From Acanthaster planci (Eukaryota), in the NCBI RefSeq assembly GCF_001949145.1, contig NW_019091355.1:4847518-4911517 (forward strand): DNA of 64,000 nucleotides, written 5' to 3'. How positions within the stretch are numbered: position 1 is the first letter of the stretch; each line of letters begins with the position of its first letter. Below, piece by piece: positions 63,841-64,000 of the stretch. A program made the position numbers and the translations under genes. A model generated the notes under the pieces. It was not told where the DNA came from. It worked only from the letters and a program-made list of their open reading frames with translations, and ran no database searches.

Positions 63841-64000
63841 GTAACTCGCGCTTAACAAACCATAACGATAGTCTCAAGTCTTGTATGAAAACTCATTCTC
63901 AAAACTGCTTTTATGGAATCTCATCGATTGCCCATCTGGTCATATCTGTTCTTGCATGCGATGCGATAACCTTTGTGTGGCTAATAGCCGACTGGAACAT

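Overview
Animal genomic DNA with spliceosomal introns and two N gaps. The abundant TACATGTA motifs and the gene content suggest a marine invertebrate, plausibly an echinoderm; this is inference and the species cannot be fixed from the sequence. From left to right the window holds: the probable first intron and first exon of an unidentified minus-strand gene (exon near 7 kb); a 3-exon MRPS24 (-); a truncated Gmr1-like Ty3/Gypsy element and a tRNA-derived Pol III unit; a 6-coding-exon PAQR3 (+); and a tandem cluster of sigma-class (HPGDS-like) glutathione S-transferase genes, all on +. The cluster has four complete 5-exon copies, one copy running off the window end, and one orphan but intact exon 1 whose exons 2-5 are deleted. 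That orphan exon could splice in frame onto the next paralogue. Intron 1 of the last GST carries a near full-length decayed non-LTR retrotransposon with a virus-like 2A (GDFEVNPGP) motif ahead of PHD-APE-RT domains and a tandemly duplicated 3' end. Several MITE and hAT-like insertions are confirmed by empty sites in paralogous units. All exon boundaries were read by eye and no database search was run. Labels GST-A to GST-F are mine.
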